A stretch of DNA of 63,864 nucleotides, the filler included, from Octopus bimaculoides (taxonomy: Eukaryota): NCBI RefSeq assembly GCF_001194135.2. It is 5 parts of 3 records of this genome, joined end to end, with 100 filler letters (N's around TTAATTAATTAA, not from the genome) between each part and the next. Parts side by side here need not be neighbours in the genome. Positions count along the whole stretch, not along the records: positions 1 to 26,152 come from NC_068990.1; 4 more parts are not named here. One strand, written 5' to 3'. Positions 11,505-23,708 of this stretch are shown here, in pieces; the stretch's first letter is position 1, and each line of letters begins with the position of its first letter. The notes beneath the pieces were generated by a model that searched no databases, was not told the origin of the DNA, and was given only the letters and a program-made list of their open reading frames with translations. Both the position numbers and the translations under genes were made by a program.

Positions 11505-11830
11505 NNNATTAACGTGTATGTGGCTGAGCACTCTGCAGACACGTGTACCCTTAACGTAGTTCTCGTGGGGAGATTCAGCGTGACACAGAGGGTGACAAGA
11601 CTGGCCCCTTTAAAAATACAGGTACAACAGAAACAGGAAGAAAGAGTGAGAGAAAGTTGTGGTGAAAGAGTACAGCAGGGTTCACCAACGCCACCCCACC
11701 TACCGGAGCCTGGTGGAGCTTTAGGTGTTTTCGCTCAAGATAATACACAAAACGTCCGGTCTGGGAATCGAAACCGCGATCCTACGACCGCGAGTCCGCT
11801 GCCCTAACCACTGGGCCATTGCGCTTCCAC
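11505..11830 (-). mobile_element. SINE family C (tRNA head GGAAGCGCAATGGCCCAGTGG)
   Basis: Inverse A box TGGCCCAGTGG and B box GTTTCGATTCC; body homologous to the 18.7 and 38.8 kb copies. Confidence 0.92.
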
Positions 11831-12182
11831 TCTCTCTATATATTATTGTCTAAACGTGTGTGTGGGGGTGTGTAAGAGTATATGTATTTTCATGCGTATA
11901 TTTGTGTGTGTGCTTCTGTTTATAAAGCAATCTGCGTGTCTCGGCTGTTGTTCTCCTATTTCTTCATTCCTCTACAATATACATGTGGCGTGTAAGAAGA
12001 CACTCCTGACATGTTAAAAGTAGGTTTTTATTTACCTCCTTTTTGTAGTGGGGTTTTTTTTTTAGTTTTTCATAGTTATGTCACGACTTGTTAGCCCCAC
12101 AACCACCACACTCTATTTCCTCTCCCTCTCCCTCTTAATACCCTTTCCTAAAATTTAATTTATATATATATATATATATATA

Positions 12183-12485
12183 CAGGCGCAGCTCTGTGGT
12201 AAGAAGTTTGTTTACCAACCACTTGGTTCCAGGTTCAGTCCCTCTGCGTGGCACCTGTGGCAAGTATTTTCGGCTGTAGACTCAAGCTGACCAAAGCTGG
12301 ATTTGCTGGAGGGGAACTGAAAGAAGCCCGTCGTGGGGGAAGGGGCGGAGAGAAGGAGAGACCCTCGCTTGACAACCGGTGTTGGAGTGTTTACGTTCCC
12401 GTCACTTAGAATAAGCACTTAAGCTTTAAAAGAAGTTAAAGTGCGGGGATCGAATCGGCTGGAGTCTACTGACTGAAGCAAAAGA
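12183..12485 (+). mobile_element. SINE family B
   Basis: CAGGCGCAGCTCTGTGGTAAG...GGTTCAGTCCC...ACTGAAAGAAGCCCGTCG...TGACTGAAGC. Confidence 0.85.
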
Positions 12486-13093
12486 TAACAACAGATATAT
12501 AATCTCTTTCCTCTCCCCGCCCCTTTGAAGTGCCATCGTCACCACCGGCTCCACCAACAATATGAATAATACAAAATACGGAGATTTTTAACTGAAGTGA
12601 TTTCATGTCGTGTCTTGATTGTGACACCAAACTGACTCCACCCCCCCCCCCCATACATTGCAAATTACGTGACAATGACATAGCCTCACTACCTGGTCAC
12701 CACAGATGCTAGAAATGGCAGCTAAGTCTCCCTTCATATCACACTCTACTGCTTAAAAAGAAAAGGTAGGGGGCCCCAACTCGTTGGATAATATAGTCCA
12801 AGATCCCCTGCACGTAACGATGACGTGGTCACTGCTGGACTGCCTTTCCTCATAAAGATCGATTCAATCAGGGTAAATTAAGGGCTGAAGGAAATCGATG
12901 TAGGGATGTCGACAGGACAACCAATAACTATTGGAAACACCCACCACCAGGGTCGCTCGACTCGCTAGAAATAGCAACTAATCCTCCCTCCAAAATCCTT
13001 TTTTGGTACATGAAAACGGGGTAAAAGACACACACGTGTGTATTGACTCAAGGGCCTAGAGTTTGATATATGTGTGTGTACACACACATAGAT

Positions 13094-13124
<31 letters not shown>

Positions 13125-13126
<2 letters not shown>

Positions 13127-13445
13127 GAAGTAGGTATGGTCGTGTGTTTAAGAAGCTTCCTTTGCAACTGTGTGATTTTGGGTTCGGTCCCACTCTGCGG
13201 CCCTGTGAGTGAATTTAGTAAACGAAACTCTGCTCTGTGTGTGTGTGTGCGCGCACGTGTTTCCCTGCCTTCCAGCTGCTTAACAACAGGTGTTGGTTGT
13301 GTACTTAGTAGTTCGGCAAAAGTGACCGATATAATCAATACCAGACTTTAAAAGAAAAATAAGAACTGGGGTGGGATCGATTTGATCGAAATGGACCTTC
13401 CGGGCGGTGCCCCAGTATGGCCGCTGTCCAATGACTGAAACTATA
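13125..13445 (+). mobile_element. SINE family B
   Basis: GGGTTCGGTCCC, TAACAACAGGTGTTGG, GCGGTGCCCCAGTATGGCCGC...ATGACTGAAAC. Confidence 0.85.
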
Positions 13446-14049
13446 CACACACATGTGTGTGTGTGTTTATGTATGTACAGAGAAACCTACATGTTTACAT
13501 ATATGTATAAAATGTGTGTGTGTGCGTGTGTGGAGCCAGAATGAATAATTGACTTGAACAGCCTGTCGTCTGCATCCTAAATGAACTGAAAGAATATTCT
13601 GGTTGTTGTTTTTGTATTTACGAATTCATTCATTTATTTCGTCATCACAGAACTTTCACTGTTGACTTTCATTATTATTTTTTTTAATTGGCCATTTATA
13701 ATATAAATTACCTCCAATCTATATAACACATTTCGTTACTGAACAGTAAGGTCGCCCACCACCACAACAACTGTAGTTTGCAGTTAGTGTTATAAATACA
13801 CGAAGGAGTGATGGTGGGGCGGGGTAGATATCAGTGTCGGGTGATGTATGTAATGGTGTAATGTAATAGGTATGCAGGAAGACCATAAGTCAATGATAGT
13901 TTGTATGAAACTTAAAACACCCTGTTGTGTAAAATATTGACTCAGCACTGATTCATGGATTTTTAAAATTAGTCACAGACCATGATGTTTTTTACACACA
14001 CACACCCCTCTCTTTCGATGATTACACACACATATATATATTATACATC

Positions 14050-14425
14050 CTTTTTTACTTGTTTCAGTCATTTTGACTGCGGCCATGCTGGAGCACCGCC
14101 TTTAGTCGAGCAAATCGACCCCAATACTTATTCTTTGTAAGTCTAGTACTTATTCTATCGGTTTCTTTAAGCGAACCGCTAGCTAACGGGGACGTAAACA
14201 CACCAGCATCGGTTGTCAAGCGATGTTGAGACACACACAACACAAACATATATACACACATGCATATATATATACGACGGGTTTCTTTCAGTTTCCGTCT
14301 ACCAAATCCTCTCACAAGGGCTTGGTCGGCCCGAGACACTTGGCCAAGGTGCCACGCAGTAGGAATGAAGCCGGAACCATGTGGTTGGTAAGCAAGCTAC
14401 TTACTACACAGCCACTCCTGCTCCT
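14050..14425 (-). mobile_element. SINE family B, young
   Basis: High-identity inverse copy with a small internal deletion. Confidence 0.92.
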
Positions 14426-14751
14426 ATATAAGCGGATTTTAGTTTAGATACAATAAATACGTAAATGAATTCAGTGTTGACTGTCGGAAATAAAAAGAGT
14501 ATTCAATACAAAGTAGAGATTAATAATATTTTATTTGGGTCTAGTCAGTCTCTTGCTACTCGGAGTTTCACCTGTCGATGTACAGGGATTTCAATCGTAA
14601 CTTATTATTTCGCATTAACCTGGATCCCGTCCTAGGCTAGTTATTAAGGATGTTGCTTTTCTTTCTTCTTCTTATTTTTTTTTTTTTAGCTGTGGTCGTC
14701 AAACATTAAATATTCTGAACATATAAATATAATATGACTCAATTTTTTTAT

Positions 14752-14915
14752 CCAGGTCTATATTTAAGAGATTAGGAATTATGTACATTATTTACATTTG
14801 ACGGATATTTGTCCTCATCTTGTTTGTTGCGTTTCGGCTGATATACCCTCCAGCCTTCATCAGGTGTCTTGGGGAAATTTTGAACCTGGGTTCTCATTCC
14901 TAAGATATTTTTCAA

Positions 14916-14959
<44 letters not shown>

Positions 14960-15002
14960 TCACTGTCTGGAATCAATCTCGGAATCTTGGGGTTAGTAGC
15001 CC
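14752..15002 (-). mobile_element. Family H: tRNA-headed SINE-like element with hammerhead ribozyme, 5'-truncated copy
   Basis: The reverse complement reads ...GCTACTAACCCCAAGATTCCGAGATTGATTCCAG (degenerate B box), then (AAT)n, GAGAACCCAGG, GACAC CTGATGA A GGCTG GAGGGTATAT CAGCC GAAACG, and the tail GTCAAATGTAAATAATGTACATAATTCCTAATCTCTTAAATATAG. It is homologous to 16651-16850 and 37238-37520. Confidence 0.85.
14829..14868 (-). ncRNA. Minimal type I hammerhead ribozyme motif; 3' strand of stem I deleted, probably inactive
   Basis: CUGAUGA core, extra A, 5-bp stem II GGCUG/CAGCC and GAAACG are present. The TTGTGTTAA segment seen in the 16.8 kb copy is missing. Confidence 0.65.
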
Positions 15003-16179
15003 CAATATTGGTCTGTTTATGTCCTTGTAACTCCCCGATATAATAAGTATTAAACTTTAAAAGGAAAATAAGTGCTGGGGTCATTTTCTTAACCCAATGA
15101 CTGTAACAAGCAGACGACAAAATAACTTAAACAAGCAGACGACAAAATATACGTCCAGAAATGAAAGCTTGTATTCTTCTGAACATCAAAAACGGAACCG
15201 GTGTAGTATGTGATCTACAGCAACTTAAATCTAGATTAGCTTGTGATTTACATTCAAAATGTTGTAATAAATTTGCAATTATAATTAGAGGAGTGAGTTA
15301 AACAAGGAGTTCAAAGCGTCGGAGAAATTATATTGCAGCTTCTTCGTCTCGAATAAGCTGTGTGCAAAATTCGTTTGCTCTCATCACGACATCTTTCAAA
15401 GGGCTCAAGACTAAAAGTGTTTAAATCATAAAAGTTTTTTTGGTTTATATACCAAACCAACCGGAAGTCGAGTAAATAGATAAATTTTAAATGTCGATCA
15501 AAAACTCGGTGTAGATCACAAGCTATACCAGAAACATGTGGATCACATACTACACCGGCACCTCAGAAACTTTCTAAGGTCATGAAATGCATTTTCTATA
15601 ATAGTTTACAGGACGGGGCGGTATTTAAATTTGTGCATGAAGAACAGAAGAGAATGGTGATGTTGGGAGCTGTGCTGCCGTAAATTAATTCCAGAATATC
15701 AAGAGTGAACAACGTCTTCAGTGTAACAGTTCCATGTTATCTTGAGTTACAGAATATCCATTCAAAGAATGGTTACATGTTTAAGCAAAATATCACAGCA
15801 GAATGTGTTAAAACCTCGCCCATGCAACGACAAGCGCACTGATCCGACCAGGAAGGATACTGTGACATCACACAAGGATTAGTTGAGACTGGTTAATCAG
15901 GGATAAACATATACATACAAATCCCTTTCGTGTTCCTTCTTATATCATACTTTATTCAAAATCTGAAAGCACCATCGTGTTCAAAAGATTTTTATATTCT
16001 GAGTATCAGAACAAATATTCTATTCTAAAATCGATTCCACAATTATCGATACAATTAGCCAGCCAATATCGACAAGTAAAAAGGGGCATAAAACATTAAA
16101 GATTATTCTCTGAATTAGAAATTGCCGTGATTACTTTGTTTATTTCTATTTTTATTGTTTGTATGCATGTTTTTTTTTT

Positions 16180-16500
16180 TTTTTACTTGTTTCATCAGCC
16201 ATTAGACTGCGGCCATGCTGGGGCACTGCCTTGAAGAATTTTAGTCGAGCGAATAGACCCGGTTACTTATCTTATTTTAAGCCTGGTGTTTATTCCATCA
16301 GTCTCATTTGCTGAACTGCTAAGTTACGGGGTCATAAACACACCAACACCGGTTGTCAAGTGGTGGTGGGGGACACACAAATATAAACACACACATAACG
16401 GGATTCTTTCAGTTTCGGCCTACCAAATCTACTTACAAAGCTTTGGTCGGCCCGGGGCCACAGAAGAAGACACTTGCCCAAGGTGCCACGCATAAACATT
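16180..16500 (-). mobile_element. SINE family B, 5'-truncated
   Basis: TGTTTCA..CATTAGACTGCGGCCATGCTGGGGCA...TTTCAGTTTCGGCCTACCAAAT...CTTGCCCAAGGTGCCACGCA. Confidence 0.9.
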
Positions 16501-16650
16501 CTTGCAGAGAGGGAGCACAATTTCTCAAGTCCATTATAATTATTAATATTATTATTATTATTGCTATTAAAGACATGACTGTACAACTATGTTCTGGTTT
16601 AATCATTCTTTTTAAAATTAATATTAAAGATAAATTAATTCCAGAATATC

Positions 16651-16850
16651 AACCCCAAGATCCCGAGTTCGATTCCAGGCAGTGACCTGAATAATAATAA
16701 CAACAACATCGAAAAATACCTTAGGAATGAGAACCCAGGTTCGAAATTTCCCCAACACACCTGATGAAGGCTGGAGGGTATATCAGCCGAAATGTTGTGT
16801 TAACAACAAACAAGATGAGGACAAATATCCGTCAAATGTAAATAATGTAA
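16651..16850 (+). mobile_element. Family H: tRNA-headed SINE-like element with hammerhead ribozyme, 5'-truncated copy
   Basis: B box GAGTTCGATTCC, then (AAT/AAC)n, hammerhead at 16757-16801, and tail GTCAAATGTAAATAATGTAA. Confidence 0.85.
16757..16801 (+). ncRNA. Minimal type I hammerhead ribozyme motif (PLE-type, palindromic stem III, dimer-dependent)
   Basis: ACAC (stem I) CUGAUGA A GGCUG-GAGGGUAUAU-CAGCC GAAA UGU U GUGU (stem I'). The 14.8 kb copy has GAAACG, so the family consensus is probably GAAACGUU with an ACGU palindrome. Confidence 0.7.
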
Positions 16851-17529
16851 TATTAAGGATTTTTCATATTTCAAAGCGTTCTTAAATCAATTAACCAATA
16901 AACATCTCAAGACTGTCTCTACTTTTTCATCAGAATGAAGTGATGATAATGCCATTCGCAAAGGATCCTAAGAATATTGTTAATTGATAAAAGAATTTTT
17001 TAAAATATCGATCTGGTTTGTCCCAAATAGATAAACATTCTTTCTCTTAAATATCTTTTATATTTTGTAAACTGAAATTGGGGACAACTGAAAAATTAAA
17101 CTATTCCATATTTGGAATAAAAAAAGTTTAAACATGACGTCATACAATACAATTTCTGACGTTCGTTTTCATGCAGAAACAAATTCTAAATACTTGAAAA
17201 TTAAGTAGACTGAAGCGGTACAGGAATGGTTTAATATAAACTCTAGATATTCATCGTTTCCAAGCTGCGATAGGCACACAATATTGTCATTCTGTTTATT
17301 ACGCGCACATATATATATACACTATGGTCTCTGAATATGTGTGCATTTACACACACTTAATAATATAGCACAAACATTTGATCATTATAAAAGCAATCAT
17401 TTGTGATTGTTCAGCAAGAAATTATGGGACACTCATCCGTCCTCTAACAACGGGAGAGTCCATGAAAGTATTGTATTACGAGTGTGAAAATACATACACA
17501 AACAAAGATAACAACGGTCCTTGTACAAT

Positions 17530-17663
17530 TTCCGGCTTTTGAACACAGGTCATTGGCCGGTTTGGGGTTCTACGAGAAAACACTTGAGTAAGGTGCCGCG
17601 AAGCGGAACCGGAACCACGTAGATGAGAAGCGAATTCCTTAATCACGCATCCATACCTGCACC
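17530..17663 (-). mobile_element. SINE family B head fragment
   Basis: AAGGTGCCGCG...GGAACCGGAACCAC...CCATACCTGCACC. Confidence 0.65.
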
Positions 17664-17904
17664 TCTCATTCTCTCTCTTTCTCTCTCTCTCACATACACA
17701 CACACACACACACACACAGGGTATTTTCCAGTGTAACCGAAAATGAACTGAGGTACGACTTTTATTTACATGTATAGATAGGTGGATGGATATATATACA
17801 TATATAAAAATACATACATATATATATATACACACATACATACAAATATGTTTATGTATGTGTATATACACACATAAATACATACATAAATATATATATA
17901 TACC

Positions 17905-18098
17905 TTTTTTTTATTTGTTTCAGTCATTTGACTGCGGTCATGCTGGAGTACCGACTTAAAATGTGTTAGTCGAAGAAATCGACACCAGGACTTCTTTGAA
18001 AACCTAGAACTTATTCTATCGGTCTCTTTTGCTGAACTGCTAAGTTATTGGAAAGTAAATACACCAACGTCGGTTGTCAAGCGATGACAGAGGGACAA

Positions 18099-18166
<68 letters not shown>

Positions 18167-18248
18167 CGGGCTTCTTTCAGTTTCCGCCTACAAAATCCAT
18201 CCACAAGGCTTTGTTCGGGCCGAGGCTATAGTAGATGACACTTGCCCA

Positions 18249-18255
<7 letters not shown>
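17905..18255 (-). mobile_element. SINE family B, 5'-truncated
   Basis: Tail through CTTGCCCAAGG, with long internal (CA)n(TA)n. Confidence 0.9.
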
Positions 18256-18287
<32 letters not shown>

Positions 18288-18439
18288 CATATATATGTGC
18301 GTTACTTTACAACCCTAAGCCTTGTGGCCACAACGCCCTTTTTCCTTGTGTGTGTATAATTATTCCATTTCATTGTGTTTGTTTTCGTCATTATCCTGTA
18401 CGTTCTTTAGCTATTCCCAGTAGCTTCTTGCCGATGGCG

Positions 18440-18725
18440 CCACCAGGAGTAGTGTAAACAGAGTAAGCGGTTATAGTAACCGACTAAGGGATAAAATATC
18501 CGTATATACTATCGGTATCCGATTACCTGTATTATCCCTGGGCATTGGTGTACAGACACACCATACACGTGTAGTGCAGATAACAACAGGATAAACAAAA
18601 CTATCGTATCTCCAGCTGCTTCAGATGCCAAGATATCAAAAAGTGTACAACGGTTTTAGCTATTTCCTTTTCTGAAAAGCAACGTTTTGGACTTACGACG
18701 GTTTTGCATAATAGCAACGATATTA
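18440..18725. repeat. Unclassified interspersed repeat (family F), inverse copy
   Basis: CTATCGTATCTCCAGCTGCTTCAGATGCCAAGATAT shared with 4835-4870. Confidence 0.6.
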
Positions 18726-19055
18726 CTAGGGCACTCCGCCGGTTACGACGACCAGGGTTCCAGTTGATCCAATCAACGGAACAGCCGGCTCGTGAAATTA
18801 ACGTACAAGTGGTTGAGCACTCCACAGACACGTGTACCCTTAACGTAGTTCTCGAAGAAAATTCAGCGCGACACAGAGTGTGACAAGACTGGCCCCTTTG
18901 AAATACAGGTAAAACAGAAACAGGAAGAAAGAGTGAGAGAAAGTTGTAGTGAAAGAGTACAGCAGGGTTCGCACCACCGGTCTGGGAATCGAAACTGTGA
19001 TCCTATGACCGCGAGCCCTCTGCCCTAAACACTGGGCCCATTGCGCCTCCCCAGC
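18725..19055 (-). mobile_element. SINE family C
   Basis: GGCACTCCGCCGGTTACGACG...CTGGGAATCGAAAC...ATTGCGCCTCC. Confidence 0.92.
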
Positions 19056-19058
19056 AAC

Positions 19059-19091
<33 letters not shown>

Positions 19092-19975
19092 NNNNNNNNN
19101 NNNNNNNNNNNNNNNNNNNNNNNNNNNNNNNNNNNNNNNNNNNNNNNNNNNNNNNNNNNNNNNNNNNNNNNNNNNNNNNNNNNNNNNNNNNNNNNNNNNN
19201 NNNNNNNNNNNNNNNNNNNNNNNNNNNNNNNNNNNNNNNNNNNNNNNNNNNNNNNNNNNNNNNNNNNNNNNNNNNNNNNNNNNNNNNNNNNNNNNNNNNN
19301 NNNNNNNNNNNNNNNNNNNNNNNNNNNNNNNNNNNNNNNNNNNNNNNNNNNNNNNNNNNNNNNNNNNNNNNNNNNNNNNNNNNNNNNNNNNNNNNNNNNN
19401 NNNNNNNNNNNNNNNNNNNNNNNNNNNNNNNNNNNNNNNNNNNNNNNNNNNNNNNNNNNNNNNNNNNNNNNNNNNNNNNNNNNNNNNNNNNNNNNNNNNN
19501 NNNNNNNNNNNNNNNNNNNNNNNNNNNNNNNNNNNNNNNNNNNNNNNNNNNNNNNNNNNNNNNNNNNNNNNNNNNNNNNNNNNNNNNNNNNNNNNNNNNN
19601 NNNNNNNNNNNNNNNNNNNNNNNNNNNNNNNNNNNNNNNNNNNNNNNNNNNNNNNNNNNNNNNNNNNNNNNNNNNNNNNNNNNNNNNNNNNNNNNNNNNN
19701 NNNNNNNNNNNNNNNNNNNNNNNNNNNNNNNNNNNNNNNNNNNNNNNNNNNNNNNNNNNNNNNNNNNNNNNNNNNNNNNNNNNNNNNNNNNNNNNNNNNN
19801 NNNNNNNNNNNNNNNNNNNNNNNNNNNNNNNNNNNNNNNNATATTCCCCTCTCAGATTCACACACTTATTGCAGCGGTCCTTCAGTTTCTGTAAGCCCTG
19901 TAAAAGAACTCGGAAGGTCGGACCTCCAACCAGGCCGCCTTTCGCGACTCCCTTAAAGCCAGAAACTTTTCAGCA

Positions 19976-20041
<66 letters not shown>

Positions 20042-20705
20042 AGTGCGTACGCGTGTATTGAAACAGAAAGGGGCAATGAGGAGAGTAAAGGTAACGGCAC
20101 CTAGAAACAAACAAAATAACAAAACACAAAGAAAGATAACCAAATGAGAAACAAAATAAAATAATTCATTTAAAAGATTCACTTTGTTAGAATATTGATA
20201 TATACAATATATTGTGATATTATTATATAGCATTGTGTAAAGAATGAGATATACATAGCAGTGTTGTATTAATATCATATTCTATTGTCTGCTATTGTTC
20301 TATAAAGATGTATAAATTTGATAGTTCCTTTCTCGATATATTATTACACCTACCAAGATGACAATGACGACAATGGTGACCCTCACCCCTTATTCCCCCA
20401 CACATACTCTTACCACTTAGTTATATCTATATATCTGTATTTATATCTCAAGGTTTATATTTTTGATGTAAGTTCCGTGTCTCATCACAAGCGCGAACAT
20501 TCTATCTCAAAGATAGCGTGTTTGGTCTCTTGAATATTGTGATTGTGTGTATGACTGGCTTGGAATAGAAACTACACCCCACCTTAAAGGTCACGTTGGG
20601 TAAAGTAGCCGACTAGACTCACACACTCACAAAACGATAAGAGCACTCTTGGAGCAACTTTGATTAAAAAACAAAAAAAACATACATATAAACACGTACG
20701 TAACA

Positions 20706-20910
20706 TTAAAACCGTTTGATACCAATTCGCCTCCAGACTTCCTATTTAGACCTATTTTAATTAAATCAAAATTTCATGCTAATTTATGTTCCAAACACTA
20801 GCTTGACAATGACAAAAGCTATTTTACAATTTTTTGTCTCATTAATTTCAAAATAATTCGGAACAAAGGCAGTTTATTTCAACCGAAATATGGGTACAAA
20901 AGGATTACTA
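20706..20910. mobile_element. TTAA-type MITE, same family as 10579-10806
   Basis: Shared ATTTATG.TCCAAA, AATAATTC..AACAAAG and TTTATTTC...GAAATATGG blocks; termini CCGTTTGATACC / GGTACAAAAGG. Confidence 0.45.
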
Positions 20911-21999
20911 AAATAAGCGAAAGTCACAAATATATGTTTCTCTGCAATGGGTGTTCGTCAAACAATAAACAAAACAAATTCTTTTTACGTATAGGATTTC
21001 TCAAGAGCAATGAAGAAAAACGAAAAGGAAGAATCGCAACAAAAGTGGTTTGAACAGGAATATTGGAAGAGTTTACTTAGTAAAACAACAAATAAATTAT
21101 ATGCAATTTTCACATGCAAACTTCAGAAATGTTTGTTTTTTTGAAGATTAAACTGAATTCTCTTCAGGCAGATAATAAAGTTGCTTCTTTTTCTGTTTTC
21201 CCAATTTTCCATTTGGTGAATGGTAAATGGTATTGAAAAACTATATTATATATATATATATAATTTTAATGAAGTTTTAATGGTTATTGTTAAACCGTTA
21301 AAATGATTTTTTTACGGTGACTAGAAGCTAATTTGGCGTGACTGGCAGATATATGTACCTTGGCACAACGCTTAGCATGTAAATGCATATATAATATACA
21401 AGTTCATTCACAGAAAAGCGTGTTGCGTGAAATCCATATATACATACATANNNNNNNNNNNNNNNNNNNNNNNNNNNNNNNNNNNNNNNNNNNNNNNNNN
21501 NNNNNNNNNNNNNNNNNNNNNNNNNNNNNNNNNNNNNNNNNNNNNNNNNNNNNNNNNNNNNNNATATATATGAGAATCGATAAGTACCAAACATTTTATG
21601 TGTGAACGTTGAAGAGTTAATTGGATATTAGATTTTAGTCTCGATGGTGGAGCTGCTAGAGAGAGCTCTAGCAATAGTTTAAAGTAGGGATTTGGCGGTC
21701 GATCATGGCAACAGTATAAATACAAATGCACATACACACACACATGAATATACATGTACACACACAAAGCACAACCGTCAATTGCAAGCAAGTATAACTA
21801 AGACTTGTTTAAGCCACATGCACGCATATTGTGGTGCAGCGAGATGCATGAAGAGGGCCGCACAGGCACTTCACAGAAACTCATTTACAGCTGCATAGAA
21901 CGGAACAACATGAAATGAAGGGCCTTACTCAACGCGCAGCCCGATCCAGAGATCGAACCTTGAGATCATGACATGCCCAACATCCTACATATATTTGTT

Positions 22000-22390
22000 T
22001 CCTACTCTAGGCACAAGTCCCGAAATTTTGGGTAAGGGGGCTGTCGATTAGGTTGACCCCAGTACGCAACTGGTACTTAATTTATCGACCCCGAAAGGAT
22101 GAAAGGCAAAGTCGACCTCGGAACCTAAATACAGACAAAACACCGCTAAACATTTCGCCCGGCGTGCCCACGTTTCTGCCAGTTCACCACCTTTTATTTA
22201 TATATATANNNNNNNNNNNNNNNNNNNNNNNNNNNNGAGAGAGAGAGAGAGGGGGGGGGGAGCGTCGGATACAGTGCAATGTGGTAATCGTCCTGCCTTT
22301 TTACGTTCAAATTTCGGCGAGGCCAACTCTGCCTTTCATCCTTTCGGGATCGATAAACAAAATACAAGTGCTGAACTGGAGTCGTTCCTT
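22000..22390. mobile_element. Two SINE A copies head-to-head (minus 22000-22192, plus fragment 22262-22390)
   Basis: Both contain the central domain, in opposite orientations, around a short gap. Confidence 0.8.
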
Positions 22391-22415
22391 GTTTTTCCAC
22401 GCCTCAATCATACAG

Positions 22416-22625
22416 GAAGAAATCAGCTGTCATAAGATCGAGACCGATAGGAGCTCACTGACACCTCTCCCCACTCGGTTTCAAAATGTGCAGGACACGC
22501 AGGATGTCACGGCAGCGCCTTCACCACCACCGTGCGACTCGAATCAACGAGATGGCCGCACAAGGCGTGACAAAGTGTAAATAACGGCAGCAGAGTCAGC
22601 CATTTACACGTCAAATTATCGATGA
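22416..22625 (+). other. Candidate non-coding/UTR exon or regulatory element
   Basis: Pyrimidine tract with CAG at 22413-15 and perfect GTAAGT at 22626; 210 bp; stops in all three frames; non-repetitive and CpG-rich. Confidence 0.25.
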
Positions 22626-22773
22626 GTAAGTAAGATCGTTCAATTCATAATCGAACACTAGTGTTCATTGGCGAATTCACGTATGCATACACACACACAC
22701 ACATACATACATCTACACATCCACATAATGTATACATATATATATATCCCTGTACATATGTGTGTGTAAGCAA

Positions 22774-22835
<62 letters not shown>

Positions 22836-23420
22836 GTATAGATGCATGTGCATATGTGTGTGTGTGTATTACATATAAACACACCGATTCTCGTGGGTTA
22901 ACTCCGCAATTTTCCCGCCCCAAGGGGAATTCTGCACAACTTATTACGCGCTATTATTATTTACACATAGCTTTATATACACTTGCATCGTTTGAGTAAC
23001 TTCGTAGAAATGGGTTCGAGATTTCTCAATGCTTTCGAAATAAAGAGCCAACCCCACCTCCATCCACACACACACATGCAGATGTCTACTTCTATGTCGT
23101 ACGCGTGTTACAGTACACTCTACGCTAATTCACGTGCAAACTGCAATCACACAGCTGTGTACCTGAACAGCTACATACACACAAGTCAGTAGGTGCATCC
23201 TAGAGATGCAGACACAGGTGTAAGTGCATATCGCGCTCGCGCGCAATTATGAGCACATTACAATAGATAAGTTAGTATATGCTACACATATATATATATA
23301 GACACACACGCACATACACAGAAACAGCCGATAAGACCACAATCAAACAAGACAAGAGAACACGCATGCATACACGTACGCGCATGTAAGCGCACGAGCA
23401 CATCAAGTTAATGCTGCTGC

Positions 23421-23463
<43 letters not shown>

Positions 23464-23486
23464 TAACATTATTACGAGTAGTAGTA

Positions 23487-23708
23487 GGGCGACGAGCTGG
23501 CAGAAACGTTAGCACGGCGGGCGAAATGCTTAGCGGTGTGTTTTGTCGGTCTTTACGTTCCGAGTTCAAATTCCGCCGAGGCCGACTTTACCTTTCACCT
23601 TTACTGGGTCGATAAATTAAGTACCAGTTGGCGTACTGAGGTCGATCTAATCGATTGGCGCCCCCTCCCCCAAAATTTCGGGCCTTGTGCCTGGAGTGGA
23701 AAAGAGTA
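23487..23708 (+). mobile_element. SINE family A, full length and young
   Basis: GGGCGACGAGCTGGCAGAAACGTTAGC (A box) ... GAGTTCAAATTCC (B box) ... GGGCCTTGTGCCTGGAGTGGAAAAG. Confidence 0.95.

Noticed and set aside
15150-16140. Possible decayed DNA transposase
   Set aside because: The composition looks like old coding sequence, but I could not identify any diagnostic motif.
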